This document shows, piece after piece, positions 7,745 through 18,122 of a stretch of DNA of 64,000 bases. The DNA is from Candidatus Pyrohabitans jungbluthii. Lineage in GTDB: Archaea; Hydrothermarchaeota; Hydrothermarchaeia; Hydrothermarchaeales; BMS3B. Made by a program: the position numbers and the translations under genes. The stretch lies in contig MTMD02000008.1 in the NCBI GenBank assembly GCA_002010065.2, forward strand, positions 64,001 through 128,000, in the 5' to 3' direction. The notes below the pieces were generated by a model. It was not told the DNA's origin, did not search any database, and saw only the letters and a program-made list of their open reading frames with translations. How positions within the stretch are numbered: the stretch's first letter is position 1; the number at the start of each line of letters is the position of its first letter.

Positions 7745-9397
7745 ATGGTAGCACAGCTAGGTGGACAGCCAGTTTTAATACTCTCTGACAAGGCGCAGAG
7801 AACCTATGGCAGAGATGCGCAGCGCAGCAATATACTTGCGGCGCGCATAATCGCCGAGATAGTGAAATCAACGCTGGGTCCAAGAGGAATGGACAAGATG
7901 CTCGTGGACAGCATAGGCGACGTCGTGGTTACCAACGATGGTGTAACCATACTCAAAGAGATGGAGGTCGAGCATCCCGCTGCGAAGATGATGGTCGAAG
8001 TGGCGAAGACGCAGGAGGATGAGGTTGGCGACGGCACTACCACGAGCGTTGTAATTGCCGGCGAGCTTCTCAAAAAGGCTGAGGAGCTTTTAGACCAGGA
8101 TGTTCATCCCACAGTTATCGCCAAGGGCTACCGCATGGCGGCTGAGAAGGCAGAGGAAATCCTGAATAGCATGGCTGTGGATATCGACATAAGCGATGAC
8201 GAACTTTTGAAGAAGGTTGCATCCACGGCGATGACCGGCAAGGGTGCCGAGAAGGCTAAGGATTACCTGGCAGAGCTGGTTGTTAAGGCAGTTAAAGCTG
8301 TTGCCGAAGAGATGAATGGTGAGATAAGCATCGACGCGGACCACATTAAGATTGAGAAGAAGGTCGGCGGAGGAATAGAGGATACCCAGCTGATACAGGG
8401 CGTTATTATCGACAAGGAACGCGTACATCCAGGAATGCCGCGCAAAGTTAAAGATGCCAAGATAGCACTCATAAATGCTCCGATTGAGATTGAGAAGACA
8501 GAGTTCGACGCAGAGATACGCATAACCGATCCGAACCAGCTTCAGGCTTTTCTCGACGAGGAGGAGCGCATGCTCCGCGATATGGTGGAGAAGGTTAAAG
8601 CGAGCGGAGCCAATGTGCTCTTCTGCCAGAAGGGTATAGACGACCTGGCGCAGCACTTCCTTGCCAAAGAGGGGATCTTTGCTGTGCGCAGGGTGAAGAA
8701 GAGCGACATGGAGAAGCTCTCCCGCGCCACAGGGGCGAGGATAGTGACCAGCATAGACGACCTCAGCAGCGACGACCTTGGCTATGCAGGCGTAGTGGAA
8801 GAGGTTAAGATCGGCGACGACGAGATGGTGTTTGTGCGCGAGTGCCGCGATCCTAAGTCGGTGAGCATCCTCATCCGCGGTGGCAGTGAGCACATAACCA
8901 GTGAGGTTGAGCGCGCCATAGAGGACTGCCTTGGCGTTGTGCCGGCTGCGATTAGGGACAAGAAGATAGTGCCCGGCGGAGGCGCGCCAGAGATAGAGGT
9001 GGCGAGCAAGCTGCGCGACTACGCTAAAACTGTAGGCGGGAGAGAGCAGCTCGCAATAGAAGCCTTTGCCGATGCTCTTGAAGTCATACCACGCGCCCTC
9101 GCTGAGAACGCTGGCCTTGACCCAATAGACATGCTGGTCGACCTGCGCTCAAGACATGAGAAGGAAGGGCCAAACTACGGACTCAATGTTTACAAGGGCG
9201 AGGCTGTGGACATGTTAAAGGAGGGCGTGGTTGAGCCTCTCCGCGTCAAAACCCAGGCGATTGCCAGCGCCAGCGAGGTTGCTGTGATGATTCTGCGCAT
9301 CGATGACGTCATCGCTGCCAAGGGGCTGAGCAAAGAAGAGGCAGGCGGAGAAGGCGGAGAGATGGGTGGCATGGGCGGCGGCATGCCCATGATGTAA
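7745..9397 (+). CDS. ths: Thermosome (group II chaperonin) subunit
   Basis: [22 protein letters not shown]-rich C-terminus. Confidence 0.98.
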   Translation: MVAQLGGQPVLILSDKAQRTYGRDAQRSNILAARIIAEIVKSTLGPRGMDKMLVDSIGDVVVTNDGVTILKEMEVEHPAAKMMVEVAKTQEDEVGDGTTTSVVIAGELLKKAEELLDQDVHPTVIAKGYRMAAEKAEEILNSMAVDIDISDDELLKKVASTAMTGKGAEKAKDYLAELVVKAVKAVAEEMNGEISIDADHIKIEKKVGGGIEDTQLIQGVIIDKERVHPGMPRKVKDAKIALINAPIEIEKTEFDAEIRITDPNQLQAFLDEEERMLRDMVEKVKASGANVLFCQKGIDDLAQHFLAKEGIFAVRRVKKSDMEKLSRATGARIVTSIDDLSSDDLGYAGVVEEVKIGDDEMVFVRECRDPKSVSILIRGGSEHITSEVERAIEDCLGVVPAAIRDKKIVPGGGAPEIEVASKLRDYAKTVGGREQLAIEAFADALEVIPRALAENAGLDPIDMLVDLRSRHEKEGPNYGLNVYKGEAVDMLKEGVVEPLRVKTQAIASASEVAVMILRIDDVIAAKGLSKEEAGGEGGEMGGMGGGMPMM

Positions 9398-10069
9398 TCA
9401 CAGCATGCCTTGATGCAGAGCAGTGCCAATTAATGCGCCGCTTACGCCTAGGCTTTCAAGCCTGGGCAGGTCTTCCTTTTTTATCCCCCCAGCGGCATAC
9501 AGCCGCGTCTTTTCTTTTTTCTGTTTATTTATCTTTTTGAGTGTTTTCCAGGGGACACTGTTGAGCGTGCCCACGCGTGAGAGGTCAAGGTAGATTATCC
9601 TCGTCACACCGACTTTTTCGAGCACTTTAAAGGCATCTATTGGCGAAGCTGGCAGAAAGGGCGAAAGTACCTCACCATCCTTAACATCCAGGCTTGCGAA
9701 TAGCTCATCTCCCCACCTCGCAACGCTCGCCTCAAAAACCTCTACGCTCTGCGCTGTCTCTGTGCCTATCACAGGGATGCATCCCAGCTGAGAAGCAAGC
9801 TCCAGCTCATCCTCGCTTCTTACGCCGTAGTCGAGAAGCACCTTTTTCAGTGAGGCAAGCTTTTCAAGGATCTCAAGGTTAGGCGAACGGCGCATTATCG
9901 CGTCGAGGTCTGCGACGTAAAGCTCTGGGTAGGGCAGGTTCCGGGCTATCTCAACAGGAGAGCTGCTCTTCGCGAAGACGCTTTTAAGCTCCCTGTAGCG
10001 ATGGCGTTCCCCACGAACTGCGTGCACAGCCTTGCCGTGCATTATGTCGAGGACAGGGATTATTTTCAT
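9398..10069 (-). CDS. HisA/HisF-related TIM-barrel protein (C1-cofactor associated family)
   Basis: IIPVLDIMHGKAVHAVRGER, YVADLDAI, LDLSRVGT, AGGI; start re-called to ATG 10069. Confidence 0.8.
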   Translation of the reverse strand: MKIIPVLDIMHGKAVHAVRGERHRYRELKSVFAKSSSPVEIARNLPYPELYVADLDAIMRRSPNLEILEKLASLKKVLLDYGVRSEDELELASQLGCIPVIGTETAQSVEVFEASVARWGDELFASLDVKDGEVLSPFLPASPIDAFKVLEKVGVTRIIYLDLSRVGTLNSVPWKTLKKINKQKKEKTRLYAAGGIKKEDLPRLESLGVSGALIGTALHQGML

Positions 10070-10130
10070 CTTATCGTAAATCAGTAGTAGCCTGCGCAAG
10101 GGTTTTTATCTCAGAAAATAAAACCAGTGT

Positions 10131-12359
10131 ATGCGCATCGAGCAGCTCCTTGAGCAGGGACTTCCGAGGCAGGTGGTTGAGCTTCTGCGCGAGCAGGGCA
10201 TAGAAAAGCTATTTCCGCCGCAGGAGGAGTCAATAAAGCGGGGGCTGCTCAGCTTGAAGAAAAATTTCGTCGTGGCTGTGCCCACCGCCAGCGGAAAGAC
10301 GTTAATCGCCGAACTTCTAATGCTGCGGAGCCTTCTGGAGCGAGGGGGGAAGTGCCTCTACATCGTCCCGTTAAAAGCTCTCGCTTCGGAAAAGCTTGAG
10401 GAGTTCAGGAAGTACGAAAAGCTTGGGGTAAAGGTGGGCGTCACCACAGGCGACTACGACGCCAGCGACGAGTGGCTGGGAAGCTACGATATAATTGTCA
10501 CCACAAGTGAGAAGGCAGACTCGCTGATACGCCACCGTACCTCGTGGCTAAGCGAGGTTAATGTCGTGGTCGCCGACGAGGTGCACCTGATCCACGACTC
10601 CTCTCGCGGCCCAACGCTTGAGGTAACCCTCGCCAGGCTGCGCCACCTCTCAGAGAATTTAATAATCCTAGCGCTGAGCGCTACGATAAGCAACGCTAAC
10701 GAGATCGCCTCGTGGCTAAACGCAGAGCTTGTAGAAAGCGAGTGGCGTCCTGTTAAGCTGCGCGAAGGGGTTTACCACGCGGGCGAAATTCTCTTTACTG
10801 ACTCCTCCAGGCGAGGTATCGACGCAAGCTATGCGAACGAGGCGCTCAACCTTGCGCTGGATACTGTAAAAGAAGGCGGTCAAAGCCTGGTGTTTGTGAA
10901 TACTCGCCGTGGTGCTGAGCGCTTTGCTACCGAGGCTGCGCCGAAGGTGAAGAGGCTGCTCAGCGAGGCGGAGAAGGAGGAGCTTAAGGAAATCGCCCAG
11001 CGTGTGCTTCATGTGCTCGCTGAGCCAACGCGGATTTGCAGGCGGCTGAGCAAAGCCGTGGCAGGAGGCGCGGCGTTTCATCACGCAGGCTTAGCTCCGG
11101 AGCAGCGCAGGCTGATTGAGCATGCGTTCAGGCGGAATTTAATTAAGGTGCTCGCAGCTACGCCAACTCTGGCTGCGGGTGTAAACCTCCCTGCAAGGCG
11201 GGTGGTAATCCGCGACTATCGCCGCTATGATTCTTCGCTTGGCTACGTGGAGATACCTGTGATGGAGATAAAGCAGATGGCTGGGAGAGCGGGCAGGCCG
11301 CGCTACGACAGGTACGGCGAGGCTATACTCGTAGCGAGGGCCGAGGAGGAGCGGGATTTTCTGCTTGAGCGCTACCTCTTGGCTGAGCCAGAGCGTGTTT
11401 ACTCTAAGCTAGCGGCGCTGCCAGCGCTTAGAATGCACATCTTAGCAAGCATTGCCACCGGCTACGCGAGCAGCTTCTCAGGCTTGGTGGACTTCTTCTC
11501 AAAAACCTTCTACGGGCATCAGCAGGAGGCGTACACCCTGGAAAGCTCCCTGCTCAGCGTGCTCGAGTTTCTTGAGCACGAGGGTTTTCTGCAGGAGGAA
11601 GAGGAGAAAATTGTGGCAACCCCCTTCGGAAAGCGGGTGAGCGAGCTTTACATAGACCCCCTGAGCGCTGTCACCCTGCGCAATGCACTTGAGAGAGCAG
11701 AGAGCGTAGCTACAGAGGCGATTTCCTATCTTCATGCGATTGCGAGATGCTCAGAACTTGGCACCCTGTACCTGAGGAAGGGCGAGTATGAGGAGTATCT
11801 CCCAAAGCTTCTGGAGCAGGAGAGGTACCTGCTCTTTCCGCTGCCCTCGCAGTATTACGAGGCTTACGCCTTCGAGCACTTCCTTGCAGAATTCAAAACA
11901 GCGCTCTTCCTGCACGACTGGATTGAAGAGCGGAGTGAGGAATACCTGCTGGAGAGGTACAACCTAGCCCCTGGCGATATTCACAGCAGGGTGGAGATAG
12001 CCGAGTGGCTGCTCTACGCTATGGAGGAGATAGCCAGGCTCTTTAATTTTAAAAAGAGGGAGGAGATCTCAAGGTTGAGGCTAAGAGTGAAGCACGGCAT
12101 TCGCGAAGAGCTTCTGGAGCTGGTGAGCCTCAAGGGCATAGGCAGGGCAAGGGCGAGGAAGCTTTACACCAGATTTAAAACTCTGGAGGAGCTCAGAAAG
12201 GCGAGCTTGAAGGATATAGCCTCTGTGCCCCTGATTGGAGAAAAGCTCGCTGCCAGCATAAAGGCACAGCTTGGCGAGAAGGTTACCCGAAGTCCCGCTT
12301 CAGGTAACGAAGTTAAGGCCACAAAGACGACGAAGCAGAGCACCCTCACAGGCTTCTGA
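10131..12359 (+). CDS. hel308: Ski2-like DNA helicase Hel308/Hjm
   Basis: PTASGKT, DEVH, LSAT, TPTLAAGVNLP, QMAGRAGRP, C-terminal HhH. Confidence 0.95.
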   Translation: MRIEQLLEQGLPRQVVELLREQGIEKLFPPQEESIKRGLLSLKKNFVVAVPTASGKTLIAELLMLRSLLERGGKCLYIVPLKALASEKLEEFRKYEKLGVKVGVTTGDYDASDEWLGSYDIIVTTSEKADSLIRHRTSWLSEVNVVVADEVHLIHDSSRGPTLEVTLARLRHLSENLIILALSATISNANEIASWLNAELVESEWRPVKLREGVYHAGEILFTDSSRRGIDASYANEALNLALDTVKEGGQSLVFVNTRRGAERFATEAAPKVKRLLSEAEKEELKEIAQRVLHVLAEPTRICRRLSKAVAGGAAFHHAGLAPEQRRLIEHAFRRNLIKVLAATPTLAAGVNLPARRVVIRDYRRYDSSLGYVEIPVMEIKQMAGRAGRPRYDRYGEAILVARAEEERDFLLERYLLAEPERVYSKLAALPALRMHILASIATGYASSFSGLVDFFSKTFYGHQQEAYTLESSLLSVLEFLEHEGFLQEEEEKIVATPFGKRVSELYIDPLSAVTLRNALERAESVATEAISYLHAIARCSELGTLYLRKGEYEEYLPKLLEQERYLLFPLPSQYYEAYAFEHFLAEFKTALFLHDWIEERSEEYLLERYNLAPGDIHSRVEIAEWLLYAMEEIARLFNFKKREEISRLRLRVKHGIREELLELVSLKGIGRARARKLYTRFKTLEELRKASLKDIASVPLIGEKLAASIKAQLGEKVTRSPASGNEVKATKTTKQSTLTGF

Positions 12360-14457
12360 GCCAGCGCTCGTGGTACTCCTGGAATATCTCTTCCCCGGTC
12401 AGGTTGTACATAACCTGCATCTGCCACACGTGCATCTTATGGTAGTGCCGGTTTGCTTTATTTCCAAGGGCGTCGTAGTAGCTCCAGCCCCCGGCGTCGT
12501 ACTCGGGAAGAAATTTTATAAGTGCCTCAACTCCGCGCTGGTAAAGCTTCTCAGCCTCGCTGCTGTTGAAGTAGTCTGCATACTCCTTAAGCCAGAGGAG
12601 GGTGGTAATGAAGCCATTGAGAACATAGGGCGGCTCCTCTTTCACATACTCCGGATACCAGTAGTAGCCATCTCTGAGCTTTAGAAGACCTCCTTTCTCC
12701 ACTGGCACTGAAAACGCCTTAAGAGCCTTCTCTGAAGCCACCCTGTACTTCTCTTCCCCAGTGTACTTATAAGCCAGCATCAGTGCCTTGAGTATCCCTG
12801 CCTGACATAAGCTACCCCGCCAGCCTCTTTCAAGGTCGTAACCTGGCCAGGGGAAGGGGTACTCCCATATCAGGTAATCGCCTTTATCCACCGAGGTGTT
12901 CAGAAGGTAGTCCACAAGAAAAAGCGCCCTGGAGAGGTTCTCCTCGCTGCCCGTCTTTTCATACGCATAGAAAGCCTCTCTTGCAGCCTGGGCTATGCCA
13001 TGGGGAGCAGGCTGATAGCCGAGGTAAACACCGTCCACTGTGCCGTAGTAAATTAGGGGAATTTCACCTTCAACCAGGCTGTACTTTTTAACCTTTGAAG
13101 GCGAGGTAACGCCGATCTGAAGGGCGTATTCCCTGGAGAGGTAGGCAAACCTTAGCCTCTCGCAGGCGTCTTTAGCATTGAGGGCTTTTTTCAGGTAGGG
13201 CGTCTCTCCCAGAGCTTTTGCATCCTCTAAAGCCATGAAGGAGAACTCTTCAAGGTTTACCAATGCGTTAAGAAGTTCGCAGCGAAGCTTCGCCGGTGCC
13301 GTGCCCTTGCTATGCCTGGGATCGAGCAGGGCTTCAGGGGTTATCCCAGAAAGTCTGCCACGGTTGAGCACAACCACCTTACTAAAACCCTCCTCGGGCT
13401 CTCTGCCAATGGGAGAATAGTACACCACCACATCGTAGCTCTCCAGCTCAGAGAGGTTTGCTCTCTCCACCTTTAGCCCATAGCTCCTCAGAGCATAGAG
13501 GAGAAAACTTTCGTCGTTGAAGCTCTCCTTATTCGGGTTGTAATCCTCTCTTGGTTCAACAACTATGCCAACCTTGGGAGAGAACTCAAAGGGATTCTTT
13601 CCCAGCACGGGCACATAGCTGGCGATTTCACTGGCAGTTATAAACCTCACACCGGGCTTTGATTTAATGTACCTGATATTTTCTCTGAGAATTTTTATGG
13701 ACTCGTGATTCCAGTTTGTGGTGTGCAGCAGAGCAACAGCCACCACGGGGCCTTCCTCTTTCGCTGCTTGGTAAATATAATCAAAGCTTTTCATGTAGTG
13801 TTTGTTTATCTTCCTGGCCTTATACATGGGGTACTCAGGAAACCCACCTGTTATTATTAAACTCGTGGGCAGTAAGCTAAGGTTCTCCCTTATCAAAACT
13901 GGAAAGAAGGCTTTAGTTCTTGGGCTGGCGTAAATCTGGGGTGTGAGGTCGTAGCTTATGCCAGCCTCGCTCAGCACATCCCTCGTGGTCTCTCCTTCCA
14001 TGAGAGTTGGTGCTCTGAAAACTTTCCCTGAGTAATTGAAGTGCTGTTTAATCCAGGATATTGAGGAGAAAATTCTTTTCCTCTGCTGCTCTCTTTCCTG
14101 GAAGGTAAACTTCGCATGTCTGTCGCAGTGCAGCGATATGGGGTACTCGTTAACCCTCCCCACAACACTCAGGTTGTTTTTTACCGCCTCCCGCCAGTCA
14201 TCCACGGGCATTAAAATCTCCACCTTCCCCTTCAGTCCCTCCTCTTCAAAGATATCAAGCATTGCATCAAGAATGCCTCCGTGTATCCCGAGCAGGTCGT
14301 CCTTCTCCTCGGCGTCAACAGTTAAAACTAGGTAGAGCACAGGCGTGTGCACTGAGGTTTCGTCTTCATAAGAGGTTGTTTCAGGTGTTTCTAATTCTTC
14401 TCTGGCAGAGATTAAAATTATTAGAATAATCAGGATAATCAGCAATTTTTTTCTCAT
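12346..14457 (-). CDS. Secreted/membrane-anchored polysaccharide deacetylase-like + D-glucuronyl C5-epimerase family fusion
   Basis: N-terminal hydrophobic signal; TVDAE, HCDRH, FRAP (CE4-like); C-terminal WYPEY...YVLNGF, WSYYD, YHKMH (C5-epimerase C-terminal domain). Confidence 0.75.
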   Translation of the reverse strand: MRKKLLIILIILIILISAREELETPETTSYEDETSVHTPVLYLVLTVDAEEKDDLLGIHGGILDAMLDIFEEEGLKGKVEILMPVDDWREAVKNNLSVVGRVNEYPISLHCDRHAKFTFQEREQQRKRIFSSISWIKQHFNYSGKVFRAPTLMEGETTRDVLSEAGISYDLTPQIYASPRTKAFFPVLIRENLSLLPTSLIITGGFPEYPMYKARKINKHYMKSFDYIYQAAKEEGPVVAVALLHTTNWNHESIKILRENIRYIKSKPGVRFITASEIASYVPVLGKNPFEFSPKVGIVVEPREDYNPNKESFNDESFLLYALRSYGLKVERANLSELESYDVVVYYSPIGREPEEGFSKVVVLNRGRLSGITPEALLDPRHSKGTAPAKLRCELLNALVNLEEFSFMALEDAKALGETPYLKKALNAKDACERLRFAYLSREYALQIGVTSPSKVKKYSLVEGEIPLIYYGTVDGVYLGYQPAPHGIAQAAREAFYAYEKTGSEENLSRALFLVDYLLNTSVDKGDYLIWEYPFPWPGYDLERGWRGSLCQAGILKALMLAYKYTGEEKYRVASEKALKAFSVPVEKGGLLKLRDGYYWYPEYVKEEPPYVLNGFITTLLWLKEYADYFNSSEAEKLYQRGVEALIKFLPEYDAGGWSYYDALGNKANRHYHKMHVWQMQVMYNLTGEEIFQEYHERWLRSL

Positions 14458-14493
14458 AACCCTCCTTCAAAAAGGAGGCGACTATAAACCTTT

Positions 14494-16077
14494 CTATCTG
14501 GAATTTCTTACCTGCCTGCTCAGCCACCTCACAAAGCGACGCATCTTCTTCTCCCGGGCGAGCTCAGCGTAAAGGTAAGCCTCATCCTTTGTACCCTCTG
14601 CAATCAATATAACCACCCTGCCCACGTCGCTCCTCCCGGTTCTCCCACGGCGCTGAATCGCCCGAATCTCGCTGGGCACGGGCTCATAAAAAATTACCAG
14701 GTCAACGCTGGGTATGTCCAACCCTTCCTCTGCAACGCTGCTGGCGACGAGAACGTTGGCTTCGCCCCGCCTGAAGCGTTCTAGCGCCTCGCTCTGGGTG
14801 CGCTGGTTCATCCCCCGTTCTTCGCCCCGGCTCGCCTGCCCTACGAAGCGTATGGCTTTTATGCCTTCGCCACGAAGCCTGTCCACGACTGTAGCGATAG
14901 TGTCGCGATACTGCACAAAAATTATGATAAGTGAGTCCGGCTTCTCCCGCAGCTGGCGCTTAACCAGATCCACCAGCGCTTCCAGCTTAACATGACTCTC
15001 CTCTGTGCTCTGAAGCTTTTCCAGCGCTTCGCTCAATCTCGAGTCTGAGAGGAAAAGCCTCTCGCCCCGCGAAGGCTTGGACTTATTCTTAAGCCTCTCA
15101 ACATATGCAAGCGCTGGCTTTGCTCCCTGAGTCTCTATTAACTCAAGAAGGTTGAAGGCATGCAGCGCGGCGGTCTGCATCAACAGCGCTGAGAAGAGAT
15201 AACCCTTATTTTTACTCCTACCCAGCCTCCCCCTTATCTCGTTGCCCAGCTCTATTATATCCTTCTTCGAAACGTAGCGCGCCTTTTTATAGCTCAGGAA
15301 TCCCATCCGCTGAAGCTTTGTGACATTATCCTCCAAAAACGCTTTCACGAGTTGCGCCGCTTCCTTTAACTCCTCAGGCAGTTTTACTTTATGCCAGTGG
15401 ATTTTCACCTCCTTGACATAGCTGCGCACATCGCCATCGCTGGGTAAGCGTGCTTCAACCTGTGCGATTTTGAGATTTTTCAACACCTCCTCTATCTTCT
15501 CTTTGTCTCCCCCAGGAGAAGCGGTAAGCCCCAGAATTAAGCCATCGTAACGCTGCGCAATTTTAACATAGGCGTAGTCGCCCACGCTTCTGTGCGCCTC
15601 ATCAAAGATAACCAGCGCCACATCGCTGAGGTCGTAGAGCTTTGACTCCAGGTCGTTAAACACCGTCTGAGGGGTGGCGAAGACCACACGGCTGTGCCTC
15701 CACGCATGGGCGCGCTTCTTCGCAGGTTGCTCGCCCGTAAAGACTGCCATCTCATCTTCGCGAAGCTTCATAAAGCGCCTGAAGCTCTCGTGGTGCTGCT
15801 TCACCAGCGGCTTTGTGGGCGCGAGGAATAGCACCTTTCCCCTGGAGAGCGCATCTAAAGCCACGAGCAGTGCAATCACAGTTTTACCAAGCCCTGTGGG
15901 AAGCACCACTAGGGTGTTGCCCTTCTTTGCGCTCTCTGCTATGACAAGCTGATACTCCCTCGCCTGGAGAGTGCGTTCTTTAAGCAATGGGTGCTCTACA
16001 TAGCCTTCTTCCGCTTCCTCTTCAGCTCTTTTCTCCTTAGCTTTGGCTGCAAACTCATCCAGGCGAAGCTGGTGCAT
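14494..16077 (-). CDS. hef: Hef/FANCM-like SF2 helicase lacking the ERCC4 nuclease domain
   Basis: REYQ, LPTGLGKT, DEAH, LTASPG, EEGLDIP, IQRRGRTGR; start re-called to ATG 16077 (longer ORF runs into RNase P RNA). Confidence 0.88.
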   Translation of the reverse strand: MHQLRLDEFAAKAKEKRAEEEAEEGYVEHPLLKERTLQAREYQLVIAESAKKGNTLVVLPTGLGKTVIALLVALDALSRGKVLFLAPTKPLVKQHHESFRRFMKLREDEMAVFTGEQPAKKRAHAWRHSRVVFATPQTVFNDLESKLYDLSDVALVIFDEAHRSVGDYAYVKIAQRYDGLILGLTASPGGDKEKIEEVLKNLKIAQVEARLPSDGDVRSYVKEVKIHWHKVKLPEELKEAAQLVKAFLEDNVTKLQRMGFLSYKKARYVSKKDIIELGNEIRGRLGRSKNKGYLFSALLMQTAALHAFNLLELIETQGAKPALAYVERLKNKSKPSRGERLFLSDSRLSEALEKLQSTEESHVKLEALVDLVKRQLREKPDSLIIIFVQYRDTIATVVDRLRGEGIKAIRFVGQASRGEERGMNQRTQSEALERFRRGEANVLVASSVAEEGLDIPSVDLVIFYEPVPSEIRAIQRRGRTGRSDVGRVVILIAEGTKDEAYLYAELAREKKMRRFVRWLSRQVRNSR

Positions 16078-16131
16078 GGCATTACTTTGGCTGCGGTAAA
16101 TATAGCCCTTGTTAGTCTTTCTCTTTATAAA

Positions 16132-16492
16132 TGCCGAGCCGGAGGGCAGCTTACGCTCCTCCTTGGGAGGAGTGAGGAAACTCCGCCCATCTCCGCGGGA
16201 CCCGGGGGGCGCAAGCCCCGCGCCGAGAGGCGCAGCTCTGGAGCAGAAACGATACGCCGCGCAGGTGCGCCATGAGGCTGAAAAGCCGAGCTTGCCCTGC
16301 GATGGCGGTGAAACGGCCATCTCCGGGGATGCAAGCCCAAAAGGAGGCGTAACGCGACCCGCGGCGTGCCTCGGGTAGGGCGCTCAGACGAATGCTGCCG
16401 TAGGAACCACCCCTTAGATATGGGGGTGTAGAGAGGGGGCAGAGCCCCCTTCTGGTTCCTATAACAGAAGGCGGGTTACTCCCGGCACGGCA
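16132..16492 (+). ncRNA. rnpB: RNase P RNA
   Basis: GAGGAAACTCCGCCC / AACAGAAGGCGGGTTA P4 signature, GCAGAAAC, GGTGAAACGGC, GATGCAAG; terminal P1 pairing TGCCG...CGGCA. Confidence 0.95.
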
Positions 16493-16542
16493 CCTTTCTT
16501 TCTCACGGCAACTTTTTATTTAACCGCGCCAAAATTACTCCC

Positions 16543-17160
16543 ATGGATATAAAGACCCTGAGGGAGGCTCTGCGAAGGGAGAAGATGTCTCCCTACCTTC
16601 AGGAGCTTGGCAGGGACTTCTACCGCGAGGCTCAGAAGCTTTTTGAAAGGATGCTGGAAGATTATAAGGCTGCAAAGGACTCTGACCTGACGCAGCTATC
16701 TCTAAAGCTGGCGGAGCTGGAGAATCTCAAAAACATGATAAACGACCTTTATGAAACAAGGGAGCGCAAGATTGTGTCCAGTGCTCTGTACTATGTAAAG
16801 TCTGGCGAAGAGGTTGAGTTTGACAACCTTACCGAAGAAGAGGAAGCTCTACTCAGGGAGATTATACGTGTTATCAAAGCGAGCAGAGAAAAAGTGCTCA
16901 CTGGATTTGTAAAAGGGAGAACTGGGGAGAGAGTCGAGGAAAGAAGGGAAGAGGGTAGAAAAGAAATAAGAGAAGAGAAGCGCGGAGAGATACCATTTAT
17001 CACAGTGAGGATTCTCAAGGACTTACCCTCGCTGGTTGGGGTGGATGGGAAAATTTACGGAGACTTCAAGGCTGAGGATGTGGTAACTCTCCCTGAGCCG
17101 AACGCAAAGATTCTTGTTAAGCGTGGAGACGCTGAGCTGATCTCAGTCGGAGACTCATGA
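16543..17160 (+). CDS. GINS complex subunit (Gins51/Gins15-like)
   Basis: LYETRERKIV..A, NLTEEEE, C-terminal VRILKDLPSLVGVDGKIYG...EDVVTLP...AKILVKRG B-domain. Confidence 0.85.
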   Translation: MDIKTLREALRREKMSPYLQELGRDFYREAQKLFERMLEDYKAAKDSDLTQLSLKLAELENLKNMINDLYETRERKIVSSALYYVKSGEEVEFDNLTEEEEALLREIIRVIKASREKVLTGFVKGRTGERVEERREEGRKEIREEKRGEIPFITVRILKDLPSLVGVDGKIYGDFKAEDVVTLPEPNAKILVKRGDAELISVGDS

Positions 17161-17281
17161 GATTCTTTTTTGTTTCGCAGAATAACAGCCACGCTAAAAC
17201 CGATAACTTTATATTTATCCCACATGAAAAATCATGACAAATGTTAATGTAAACTTAGGCTATACCGGCTGCGGTGGTATC

Positions 17282-18118
17282 ATGCAGGACGACGAGCTTG
17301 GTTATTTCCTCAAGGTGAGAGAAAAAGAGACCTTCTTCAGGCGTGAATCTGCCCGGGAGACGAGGGAGCTCAGGTACAACGCTGAGGCGTGCGTAGGCTG
17401 TGGGCTGTGTTATGAAGCCTGCCCCGTAAAGGCTATAAAGCTTGGCCCCACGGGTGCAATAGCAAGGGGTTTAATTGATGCGCCACCTATTGAGATAGAT
17501 GCGGAGCGCTGCGTTCTCTGTGGAGTGTGCAGCGCCGTTTGCATGTTCAACGCCATCGATGTGAGCGTTAATGGTACCTCTGTGAGAGGAAACCCCGAGT
17601 ATCCAAACTTCCTTCGCGCCTTCGTGTTCAACCAAGATAAATGCAAAATGAAGGACGAGAGCAAGGGCGAAGCCTGCGACGAGTGCAAGCGTGCCTGCCC
17701 CAGAGAGGCGATAACCTTCGCCGGCATTATTGAGAGAGGTGGGAAGAAAATAAACACCATAGAGCGGGACGAGGCGAAGTGCGTTTTCTGCTCTTCCTGC
17801 AGCGAAGCGTGTCCCACTCAAGCGATAGCTGTGGAGAAAGTGTTCGAGGGCGAGGTGAGGGTGGACCACGACACCTGCACCGGCTGCGCTTCCTGCGTTG
17901 AGATATGCCCCACTCGGGCAATGCATATGCCACGAGGTGCTCCCTGGGAAAAATCACCCAAGGTGGAGGTTCGCGAGCAGGTGTGCATCTACTGCGGCGC
18001 GTGCGAGCATGTTTGCCCTGTGAACGCGATTGAAGTGGAGCGCACCAAGGTGAACTACTCGCGAGGTGAGGAGCGCTCCTGGACAAAGAAGTGGGAAAAG
18101 ATATTCCGCGAGCTGTGA
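17282..18118 (+). CDS. fwdF: Formylmethanofuran dehydrogenase polyferredoxin FwdF
   Basis: Six ferredoxin-type Cys motifs; first gene of fwd operon; start re-called to ATG 17282. Confidence 0.85.
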   Translation: MQDDELGYFLKVREKETFFRRESARETRELRYNAEACVGCGLCYEACPVKAIKLGPTGAIARGLIDAPPIEIDAERCVLCGVCSAVCMFNAIDVSVNGTSVRGNPEYPNFLRAFVFNQDKCKMKDESKGEACDECKRACPREAITFAGIIERGGKKINTIERDEAKCVFCSSCSEACPTQAIAVEKVFEGEVRVDHDTCTGCASCVEICPTRAMHMPRGAPWEKSPKVEVREQVCIYCGACEHVCPVNAIEVERTKVNYSRGEERSWTKKWEKIFREL

Positions 18119-18122
18119 TAGT

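Noticed and set aside
8090-8893. Long antisense ORFs (e.g. 8090..8893, 38458..39117, 49595..50227, 57526..58335)
   Set aside because: Shadows of well-supported genes on the opposite strand, expected from codon bias
16078-16378. ORFs 16109..16378, 16125..16340 and the N-terminal extension of the helicase ORF to 16320
   Set aside because: They overlap the RNase P RNA gene; GC-rich shadow frames
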